Assembly: GCA_045863395.1 (NCBI GenBank)
Contig: BTVJ01000035.1
Location: 1-64,000, forward strand
Length of the DNA: 64,000 nucleotides
Direction of reading: 5' to 3'
From: Myxococcales bacterium
GTDB lineage: Bacteria > Myxococcota_A > UBA9042 > JABWCM01 > BTVJ01
Position numbers and translations under genes: made by a program. Below, one piece after another: positions 45,244 to 53,182 of this stretch. The notes under the pieces are model-generated. The model had not been told where the DNA came from. It searched no databases and saw only the letters and a list, made by a program, of their open reading frames with translations. Position 1 is the first letter of the stretch; every line of letters begins with the position of its first letter.

Positions 45244-46721
45244 CACGGCCCCCAGACGTGCAGGACGTTCACGGGCAAGACCCACGTGGTGAACACGAGC
45301 GCCACCACACAGGCGACCAGCCCGACCACCGCCCCGGCGTCCCCTTGCTCGGGGCGGGGGTCCACGACCCGCGTGCCCGCGATGCGGTCGCCGATGCGCC
45401 GCCGGTCCGGGTCGTAGGCCGCCCAGAGCACCTCTGCGACCTGGCCGCCGACCAGAAGCAGGTTGGGGACGTTGCGCAGGATCCGCGCCCCGAAGGGGGC
45501 CGTGCCGTCGCCCCGCATCAGCCGGAGCCCCGCGAGCGCCTTGCCCGGGCTCCCGGTGGCCGGCATGTCGCGCAGCAGCAGGAAGGCGAGCAGGAGCCCG
45601 AGATCCAGCCACGCGATCCAGTCTTTGCCCGTCTGCCGCATGGCGACGAGCAGGATGAGCGACACCACGGAGTAGAGCACCAGGTCGATGGAGAACCCGA
45701 ACGCCCGCTTGAGGACGGACGCCGCCACGAGCCGAGGGACCGGCGCCTTCACGACCTGCCGCTCCCGCGCCTCCTCCCGCGTCCGGTCGACGAAGAGCTG
45801 GGCCTGCACGAGCGCGGTGTCCATGTCCTCGCGCTGGGGCTTGAACTTCGCGAACTTGACCAGGTCGGCGTCCCCGAGGAAGACCTGCACCTCTTCGAGC
45901 GACAACCCCGGGGTCTCCAGCCGGGCGAGCGCCCCCAGGAGCTCCGTCGAGGTCTCTCCCAGTGCTCCGATCTCATAGCGGTTGCCGAAGTACTCGCGCA
46001 CGATCTCCGTGAGCGCCAGGTAGAACTCCTTGGCGAGCCCCTGCTCCGGCAGCCCCTCCGCCCGCAGCGCCGCGAGCCGCTCATAGGCGACCTCGTGGGC
46101 GGGGCGCGGCGGCGGGGGCGGGGCCAGGCCGCGCAGGTGCTTCGCGTAGATCCGCACGGCCACCAGGGTCGCGGCGGCGGCGAGGAGCGCGACCCCGGCG
46201 GCGGCGACGCCCCAGATCAGCCACCAGTTCCACTGCTCGTAGGGGACGGGACCGCGCGGCGCCTTCAGCCCTGGATCGGTCTCGCTGGCGAGGAGGCTCC
46301 GCACCACGAGGCGCAAGGGCTCGGTGCTCACCGTGCCCGCGGTGCCATCCTTCAGGACGTAGGGGACCTCGATGGCGGGGATCTTCAGCTTGCCGGTGCG
46401 CACGGGCACGATGGTCAGGGTGTTGCGCTCGACGACCGCGTCTCCGCCGGCCTCCCGCGCCTGGACGTTCCCCGCGAGCCGCGCGCGCTTGCCGACGAAG
46501 GGCCGCCCGGGGAAGTGCACCTGGGCGTCGGCAGGGTAGGTCAGCGTGACGAGCACCGTGACCCGGTCACCTACCTGCACCCGCTCCGGCAGCGGGTCGA
46601 AGGCGGTCGTCACCGTGACCGGCGCCTTGGCCGGCGCCTTGGCCGGCGCCGTCGCTACTGGCGCCTCCTGGGCGGCCGCCGGCGCGGCGGCAAGCAGCAG
46701 TGCGAGGACGAGCCGCACCAT
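45243..46721 (-). CDS. DUF4381/BatD-like protein fused to a C-terminal RDD domain
   Basis: PAHEVAYERL...EIVREY...DLVKFAK; then KRAFGFSIDL, SPGKALAGLR, RRRIGDRIAGTRVV. Confidence 0.75.
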   Translation of the reverse strand: MVRLVLALLLAAAPAAAQEAPVATAPAKAPAKAPVTVTTAFDPLPERVQVGDRVTVLVTLTYPADAQVHFPGRPFVGKRARLAGNVQAREAGGDAVVERNTLTIVPVRTGKLKIPAIEVPYVLKDGTAGTVSTEPLRLVVRSLLASETDPGLKAPRGPVPYEQWNWWLIWGVAAAGVALLAAAATLVAVRIYAKHLRGLAPPPPPRPAHEVAYERLAALRAEGLPEQGLAKEFYLALTEIVREYFGNRYEIGALGETSTELLGALARLETPGLSLEEVQVFLGDADLVKFAKFKPQREDMDTALVQAQLFVDRTREEARERQVVKAPVPRLVAASVLKRAFGFSIDLVLYSVVSLILLVAMRQTGKDWIAWLDLGLLLAFLLLRDMPATGSPGKALAGLRLMRGDGTAPFGARILRNVPNLLLVGGQVAEVLWAAYDPDRRRIGDRIAGTRVVDPRPEQGDAGAVVGLVACVVALVFTTWVLPVNVLHVWGP

Positions 46722-46723
46722 CT

Positions 46724-47605
46724 CTAATACCTCCGCGACCGCAGCCGGAAGTAGTTGAGCAGCGGCTTGGAGTAGGAGTCCCCCGTCCGGAGCGTGATCA
46801 GGTCCATCTTCATCTTCTTGAAGCGGTCCTCCACGGCGGTGAAGTCGATCTTCGCCTGCTTCCGGAAGCGGCGTCGAAACCACCCGAGGTGGGTCGGGGC
46901 GATGCGCACGCGCCCGGTCTCCGGGTCCTCCAGGTGCACCATGCCCAGGTTGGGCAGCTCCTCCTCCAGGGCGTCGGTCAGCAGGATGGGTACGAGGTCG
47001 TGGCGGGACGCCGCGATGCGGAGCTGCTTGTCGTAGCCGTCCGCCGTGTAGTCGGTGATCAGGAAGGACACGGCCCGGCGTTTGGCGATGCGCAGCAGGT
47101 ACTCCAGGGCGACGCCGACGTTGGTCCCCCGGTGGGCGGGGTCCGGCTCGAAGCCGATGATCTCGCTGACCACGCGCAGCACGTGCTTGCGCCCCTTCTT
47201 GGGCGGCACGAAGCGCTCGATGCGGTCGGTGAACAGCACGAGGCCGATGCGGTCGTTGTTCTTGATGGCCGAGAAGGCCAGGAGCGCCGCCACCTTAGCC
47301 GCGACCTTCCGCTTGGGCTCCTTGCGGGTGCCGAAGTCGAGGCTGCCGCTCATGTCCACGAGGATCATGACCGTCAGCTCCCGCTCCTCGACGAAGCGCT
47401 TGACGTGCAGCTCGCCGGTGCGTGCCGAGACGTTCCAGTCGATGAACCGGATCTCGTCGCCGGGCTGGTAGAGGCGCACCTCGTCGAAGCTCATGCCGCG
47501 CCCCTTGAACACGCTGTGGTAGGACCCTGCGAGCTGGTCGTTCACGAGGCGGTTCGTGACGATCTCGATCCGGCGCAGCTCGCGGAGCTCCTCGCGCGTC
47601 AACAT
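46724..47605 (-). CDS. DUF58 vWA-like MoxR partner
   Basis: GSYHSVFKGRGMSFDEVRLYQPGDEIRFIDWNVSAR. Confidence 0.93.
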   Translation of the reverse strand: MLTREELRELRRIEIVTNRLVNDQLAGSYHSVFKGRGMSFDEVRLYQPGDEIRFIDWNVSARTGELHVKRFVEERELTVMILVDMSGSLDFGTRKEPKRKVAAKVAALLAFSAIKNNDRIGLVLFTDRIERFVPPKKGRKHVLRVVSEIIGFEPDPAHRGTNVGVALEYLLRIAKRRAVSFLITDYTADGYDKQLRIAASRHDLVPILLTDALEEELPNLGMVHLEDPETGRVRIAPTHLGWFRRRFRKQAKIDFTAVEDRFKKMKMDLITLRTGDSYSKPLLNYFRLRSRRY

Positions 47606-48594
47606 CAAGGGACCTCGACCTTGTCGAAGATCTGCTGGATCACGTCCTCTGCGGTCAGCTCCTCGGCCTCGGCCTCGTAGGTGAGGATCACCCGGTGCCG
47701 CAGCACGTCCATGCCGATGCTCTTGATGTCCTCGGGGATCACGTAGCCCCGGTGCCGCAGGAACGCGTGGGCGCGGGCTGCCTTGTTCAGGTAGATGGAG
47801 GCGCGCGGGCTCGCGCCGAAGGAGATGTAGTCCTTGATCTTCGCGAGGCCGATCTTCTCCGGGTAGCGCGTCGCGAACACGATGTCGACGATGTACTGCT
47901 TGATCTTGTCGTCCAGGTACACCTGGTTGACCACGCCGCGGGCCTGGAGCAGCTCCTCCGGCGTCACGACCTTGGACACGGACGCGGGGCTGTCGCTGGT
48001 CATGCGATCCATGATCAGCAGCTCCTCCTCGCGGGTCGGGTAGCCCACCTTCAGCTTGAGCATGAAGCGGTCGACCTGCGCCTCGGGGAGCGGGTAGGTG
48101 CCCTCCTGCTCGATGGGGTTCTGCGTCGCCATGACCACGAAGGGATCGGGCAGCCTGTAGGTGGTGTCGCCGATGGTGACCTGGTGCTCCTGCATGGCCT
48201 CGAGCAGGGCGCTCTGGACCTTCGCCGGCGCCCGGTTGATCTCGTCGGCGAGCACCAGGTTCGCGAACACGGGGCCCTTCTTCACGTTGAAGGTCTGGGT
48301 CCGCGGGTCATAGATCATGGTGCCGACCAGGTCGGCGGGCAGCAGGTCCGGCGTGAACTGGAGGCGCTGGAAGTGGGCGTCCACCGTGTCGCTGATCGTC
48401 TTGACGGTGAGCGTCTTGGCCAGCCCCGGGACGCCCTCCAGCAGGATGTGCCCACCTGCCAGGAGCCCGATGAGCACGCGCTCGACCATGTAGCTCTGGC
48501 CGACGATGACGTTGCCGACCTCCCGCAGGATGCGGTCGACGAAGGCGCTCTCCCGCCTGACCATCTCGTTGATGACGCGGACGTCGTTCTCCAT
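47605..48594 (-). CDS. moxR: MoxR family AAA+ ATPase
   Basis: LLEGVPGLAKT, RLQFTPDLLPAD, ADEINRAPAKVQSALLEAM, ATQNPIEQEGTYPLPEAQVDRF. Confidence 0.96.
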   Translation of the reverse strand: MENDVRVINEMVRRESAFVDRILREVGNVIVGQSYMVERVLIGLLAGGHILLEGVPGLAKTLTVKTISDTVDAHFQRLQFTPDLLPADLVGTMIYDPRTQTFNVKKGPVFANLVLADEINRAPAKVQSALLEAMQEHQVTIGDTTYRLPDPFVVMATQNPIEQEGTYPLPEAQVDRFMLKLKVGYPTREEELLIMDRMTSDSPASVSKVVTPEELLQARGVVNQVYLDDKIKQYIVDIVFATRYPEKIGLAKIKDYISFGASPRASIYLNKAARAHAFLRHRGYVIPEDIKSIGMDVLRHRVILTYEAEAEELTAEDVIQQIFDKVEVP

Positions 48595-48784
48595 GGGCTC
48601 CTCTCGGGGATGCGCCCCCCGTGGGGCAAATTCATCTGAAATTTCAGTGAGATGTGCGCTCCAGGCTGCTCCGGCGCGGCATAACAACCCGACCCCGGGC
48701 GTGGCCATTCCTGGGCGGGCGGCGCGCAAACATAGGACGAGAGGACGTTGCGGTAAAGGGGGGCGCTGGGTCTCGGGGGTGGGA

Positions 48785-49105
48785 TCAGGGGGCGAGGGTC
48801 TTGGCGTGGCTGGCGATGGCCTTGATCTCCTCGGGGGTCAGCTTGCCCTCGAAGCCCTTCATCTTGTCCTTGCCCTTGGTGATCACATTGGCGATCTCCT
48901 CCTCGGAGAGCGCCGAGGTCTTCGCCCCGAGCTTCGCGGGGGCTCCGATCTTGTCGCCGGCGGGGGTCACGGTGCCGTCGGGGCCGTGGCAGACAGCGCA
49001 CTTCTTCTTGAAGAGGTCGGCGCCATCGGGCCCGTCGGCCATGGCGGTAGAGGCGAAGGTCAGGGCGAGCGCAAAGGCCAGGGTGCCAGCCAGGGTCTTG
49101 TTCAT
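48785..49105 (-). CDS. Class I monoheme cytochrome c (c6/c553-like)
   Basis: Signal peptide, CAVCH, distal Met in GKDKMKGF. Confidence 0.9.
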   Translation of the reverse strand: MNKTLAGTLAFALALTFASTAMADGPDGADLFKKKCAVCHGPDGTVTPAGDKIGAPAKLGAKTSALSEEEIANVITKGKDKMKGFEGKLTPEEIKAIASHAKTLAP

Positions 49106-49319
49106 CGAGGTTCCTCCGTGTCAGGTTCAGTGATCCACCGTCGGGGACGGTGGCGAATGATGCCGCACGACGACGGCCGACACAACCGCTCCATTCAGGC
49201 CTTGCTCCCACGAGAAGGTGAATCGGCTTGACCTTCGGCCGTCCCCGACGTAGCAAGTCGCCTGACCCGCCCGCGCGGGTCTCGCTGAGAGCAACGACTC
49301 CACGGAGGATGACAGACCC

Positions 49320-50123
49320 ATGAGAGGATGGCACGCACTTGCGCTCGCCCTGATGGTGGCCGCCCCGCTCCTCGCGGCCCCCGCCCACGCCGACCACACC
49401 ATGTTGGTCTGCTTCCCTGGCGGCCCCGGCAGCACCACGGATGCCAGCGAGAGGCTGCGCGCGTTCTTCGCCCGCCTTCAGGAGGTCTCGGGCCTCCAGG
49501 TCAAGGGCGAGTACCACAACACCCGCGAGGCCTGCGACCGGTACATCAAGGACCGGAGCCCGACCATCGCCATGTTCCCCTACGCCGAGCTGGTCGCCCG
49601 GCACGAGGCGCTGAAGCTGGTCCCCGTGGCCCAGGTGACGCGGCAGGGGCGCGGTGACAACCGCTACTACGTGGTCGCGAAGAAGGGCACCGCCCTGGAC
49701 GCCCTGAAGGGCAAGGCGCTGATGACCGCCGTCGGGGCGGACCTCCCCGTGATCTCCAAGGTGGGCTTCGGGGCGAAGCTGGACGTGGAGGCTCACTTCC
49801 AGGTGAAGCCCGTCGCCACGGCGCTCAAGGCCATCAAGGCGCTGGCCAAGGGGGAGGTGGACGCCGCCCTCCTCGACGCCAACGAGTACAAGAGCCTGCA
49901 GTCGCTGCCCAACGCCTCGGAGCTGGAGGCCGTCGCCACGTCGGACCCGCTCCCCGGCGCCCCGGTCGTCGTCATGGGCGAGGGCGCGGCCATCGCGGGC
50001 AAGCTCCGCGAGGCCCTGCCCAAGGTGTGCGAGGACGCCAAGGCGTGCGAGGCCATCGAGGTGGAGCGCATTGCACCCGCCGATCTTTCGGCTTTCCAGG
50101 CGATCCTGAGCCTGGGGAAGTAG
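49320..50123 (+). CDS. Periplasmic PhnD/SsuA/transferrin-type binding protein
   Basis: Signal peptide; YYVVAKKG..LDALKGK; AIKALAKGEVDAALLD; SDPLPGAP. Confidence 0.7.
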   Translation: MRGWHALALALMVAAPLLAAPAHADHTMLVCFPGGPGSTTDASERLRAFFARLQEVSGLQVKGEYHNTREACDRYIKDRSPTIAMFPYAELVARHEALKLVPVAQVTRQGRGDNRYYVVAKKGTALDALKGKALMTAVGADLPVISKVGFGAKLDVEAHFQVKPVATALKAIKALAKGEVDAALLDANEYKSLQSLPNASELEAVATSDPLPGAPVVVMGEGAAIAGKLREALPKVCEDAKACEAIEVERIAPADLSAFQAILSLGK

Positions 50124-50584
50124 CCTCGATAGTTTCTGTCAGCGTTCTCTCGCCAAGCGTCCTGGTTATCTACGCATCCACCGATTTTCACCGTATTACA
50201 CCCAACTCCCGCGCGCGGCGGGGGGCATTGCCGGCGCCGGGGGCTGCCACGGCCGCGGCGGGGCCCCTCCGGCGCCGGGCTCCCCTCCCATGGCACCGCG
50301 ACGGAATTTCATCCCACCTCATCCCACAGGGCCCCTGGCGGCGGCGCCACGTCGCCCTCGCTGAACGGATATCCAGGTGTTGGAGAATCCTCACAACGCG
50401 CCGTAAATCATTGGACAATGACCGGTATCTCCGTGTTGAGGATCTGTGGAGACCCCGCACCCTGGGCTGCGATTTTCTTGACGGTCCCTCCGCGTGCCCC
50501 TAGGTTCCGCCCGGAGCACCGGCCGCCCCCCGGTGACCCCATCCGCTGGCTTGCATTTCCTCGCTCTGACCCTCTTCTTACTTC

Positions 50585-50650
50585 TTGACACCCTCGGAGG
50601 GCCGGTTGTACGGTGGCCGGCGCCAGTGGGTTGATGTGGGATGACGTGGT
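50585..50650 (+). promoter_or_regulatory. dcw promoter with MraZ boxes
   Basis: TTGACA(50585)-18 nt-TACGGT; GTGGG/GTGGG/GTGGT at 50626, 50636, 50646 (10-bp period). Confidence 0.75.
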
Positions 50651-50667
50651 AGGGACCGCGGGGCGAA

Positions 50668-51114
50668 ATGTACCGACTCTCGGGATGGCATGAGCACACG
50701 ATCGACGACAAAGGTCGTACGTCGATCCCGTCCGCCTTCCGTGAGAAGCTGCGCTCCCACGACGACAAGACCGTCTACGTGACGCGGGCGATCACCGGGA
50801 GCTGCCTCGACGTCTATCCCGCCTCGGTGTGGGAGCGGATCCTCGACGAGGTCGGCAAGCGCCAGCAGAGCGACCCGGCAGTCATCACCTTCCGCCGCGG
50901 GTTCATCTCGGCGGCCGTGGAGGCCGAGCCCGACAAGGCGGGGCGCATCATGCTCCCCCAGCGCCTCCGAGAGCGGGTCGGGCTGACCAAAGACATCGTG
51001 ATCTCTGGAAACATCGACAAGATGGAGATCTGGGATCGCGCGCTCTTCGAGCGCACCCAGGAAGAGACCGACGACGAGACGCTGCTCGCCGCGGCGCGGG
51101 AGTTTGGTTTCTGA
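50668..51114 (+). CDS. mraZ: Transcriptional regulator MraZ
   Basis: HTIDDKGRTSIPSAFR; DKAGRIMLP; MEIWD. Confidence 0.93.
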   Translation: MYRLSGWHEHTIDDKGRTSIPSAFREKLRSHDDKTVYVTRAITGSCLDVYPASVWERILDEVGKRQQSDPAVITFRRGFISAAVEAEPDKAGRIMLPQRLRERVGLTKDIVISGNIDKMEIWDRALFERTQEETDDETLLAAAREFGF

Positions 51115-51133
51115 ACCGGGCGCGGAGCAGGCC

Positions 51134-52081
51134 ATGGCGGAGTTTCGGCACATCCCTGTGCTGCTCGAGGAGGTCGTTGGGATCCTCGGGCAGACCCCGG
51201 TCCCCGCGGTAGTCCTGGACGCCACCGTCGGTGGGGCCGGCCACGCCCGCGCGCTGCTGGAGGCGGGCGCAGGGTCGCGGGCTTACGTGGGGCTCGACCG
51301 GGACCCCCGCGCCCTGGCTGCCGCCGCAGAGCGCCTCGCCTCCTTCGGTGACCGGGTCGTGCTGCGGGAGCGCCCCTTTGCCGAGGCGGAGGCGGTGGTC
51401 GCGGAGCTGGGCCTCGGCGCCCTCGACGGGCTGCTCGTGGACTGCGGCGTCAGCTCGCCGCAGCTCGACTCCGCCGAGCGCGGCTTCGCCTTCCTGGCGA
51501 GCGGTCCCCTGGACATGCGCATGGGGAGCGCCGGGGAGACGGCCGCCGAGCTGCTGGACCGCCTGGACGAAGACGGGCTGGCCTCGATCCTGCGGGAGCT
51601 GGGCGAGGTGCCGGGGGCGCGCGGTCTGGCCCGGCGCATCCTGGCGGCGCGCCAGTCCGGGCAGCTCCAGAGCACGCGGGAGCTGGCCGAGGTCGTCTAC
51701 CGTGGCGCGCCGCCCGCGCTGCGCAGCCGGCGGGTACACCCGGCGACGCTCGTGTTCCAGGCCCTGCGCATGGCGGTCAACGACGAGCTTGGCCAGCTCG
51801 GCGCGCTGCTCGACGCGCTGCCGCGCCTGATGGCCCCCGGGGGGCGCGCGGTGTTCATCGCCTTCCACTCGCTGGAGGACCGCCTGGTCAAGCAGCGCCT
51901 GCGCGGGCTGTGCACCGGGGACGGTCCCCGGGGCCCCTTCGAGGGAGGTGAGGTGCGGGAGCCCGACTTCGAGGCGCTGACCCGCAAGGCGGTGGTCGCG
52001 ACAGAGGTGGAGGTGGCCCGCAACCCCAGGGCGCGGAGCGCCAGGCTGCGCGCGGTGCGGCGGGTCCGGAGGGCGGCATGA
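51134..52081 (+). CDS. rsmH: 16S rRNA m4C1402 methyltransferase
   Basis: HIPVLLEE, DATVGGAGH, GVSSPQLD, FHSLEDR, NPRARSARLR. Confidence 0.95.
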   Translation: MAEFRHIPVLLEEVVGILGQTPVPAVVLDATVGGAGHARALLEAGAGSRAYVGLDRDPRALAAAAERLASFGDRVVLRERPFAEAEAVVAELGLGALDGLLVDCGVSSPQLDSAERGFAFLASGPLDMRMGSAGETAAELLDRLDEDGLASILRELGEVPGARGLARRILAARQSGQLQSTRELAEVVYRGAPPALRSRRVHPATLVFQALRMAVNDELGQLGALLDALPRLMAPGGRAVFIAFHSLEDRLVKQRLRGLCTGDGPRGPFEGGEVREPDFEALTRKAVVATEVEVARNPRARSARLRAVRRVRRAA

Positions 52082-52404
52082 GCACACTGAGCCGATCAAG
52101 TGGAGCGGGTGAAGCGGGCGGTGGCCTGAGCCCCGCGCTGCGGCGTCTCCTGCTGGGCGTCCTGCTGGCCTCCTTCGTCACGGCGCTCGGCGTGTACCAC
52201 GTCTGGTACCAGCACCGGACCCGGGAGCTGGGCAAGCAGCTCAGCGCGGAGACGGAGCGCCACACGGAGCTGCTCGAGCAGCAGAAGCGACTGAAGCGCG
52301 ACCTGTCCGCTCTCAAGCGGCAGGTCGACGTGCGCAGGGAGGCGTCCGAGCGCCTCAGCATGCGCATCACGACCCAGAGCGACTACATCGTCGTCACGGA
52401 CTGA
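52078..52404 (+). CDS. ftsL: Cell division protein FtsL
   Basis: Single TM plus coiled coil, directly after rsmH. Confidence 0.75.
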   Translation: MSTLSRSSGAGEAGGGLSPALRRLLLGVLLASFVTALGVYHVWYQHRTRELGKQLSAETERHTELLEQQKRLKRDLSALKRQVDVRREASERLSMRITTQSDYIVVTD

Positions 52405-52408
52405 AGGC

Positions 52409-53182
52409 ATGGGAGCGCGGGTAGACATCCAGCGGCTCGCGGGGGCGGCCATCCTGGTGGGGCTGTTGCTCCCGGGGTGCCCGAGCCTGACCGGCGCGGT
52501 GGAGAAGACGCCCGCCGAGAAGGCCGAGTTCCACTACCAGCTCGCCAACAACTCCTTCTACGCGCAGGACACGGCGTCGGCCATCGCCGACCTCTTCAAG
52601 GCCCTGGAGCTCGACCCGAGCCACGCAAAGGCGCACCACCTGCTCGGCTTCATCTACTTCGGGCGGCGGCAGCACGGAGACGCGGCGGTCCACTTTCGTC
52701 GCGCCATGGAGCTCGACCCCAAGATGTACGAGGCGCGCGCCAACCTCGGGGCGCTCTTCCTGGCGCAGCAGCGCTGGACTGAGGCCATCGAGGTGCTGAC
52801 CCCCCTTGCGGAGGACCAGCTCTACCCGACGCCCCACCTCGTTCAGAACAACCTGGGCTTTGCACACCTGAACGCCGGAGACCTGGAGGCAGCGCTCAAG
52901 CACCTGCAGCTCGCGGTGTTCCTCAAGCCCGAGATGTGCCTGGCGCACAACAACCTGGGGCGCGTGTACCTGGCGACCGGCCAGACCGAGCTGGCCGTGC
53001 GGGCCTTCGACCGGGCGACGGCGCGCTGCGCCGACTACGTGGAGCCCTACTTCTGGCTTGGCGAGCTCTACACCGCCACCGGGCAGCGCGACCTGGCGCG
53101 CCAGAGCTACGACAGGTGCGTGGAGCTCGGCCCCGAGACCCCCATCGGCCTCCAGTGCATGGAGAAGGGGGGGAAGCGATGA
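52409..53182 (+). CDS. tgl: TPR lipoprotein, Tgl/PilF-type secretin pilotin
   Basis: Lipobox LLLPGC; AEFHYQLA, EARANLG, DQLYPTPHLVQNNLG, EMCLAHNNLG and C-terminal Cys pattern resemble Myxococcus Tgl as recalled. Confidence 0.75.
   Translation: MGARVDIQRLAGAAILVGLLLPGCPSLTGAVEKTPAEKAEFHYQLANNSFYAQDTASAIADLFKALELDPSHAKAHHLLGFIYFGRRQHGDAAVHFRRAMELDPKMYEARANLGALFLAQQRWTEAIEVLTPLAEDQLYPTPHLVQNNLGFAHLNAGDLEAALKHLQLAVFLKPEMCLAHNNLGRVYLATGQTELAVRAFDRATARCADYVEPYFWLGELYTATGQRDLARQSYDRCVELGPETPIGLQCMEKGGKR

Noticed and set aside
50124..50580. oriC or rnpB in the spacer before mraZ
   Set aside because: Only degenerate DnaA-box-like words and no GAGGAAAGTCC RNase P motif.
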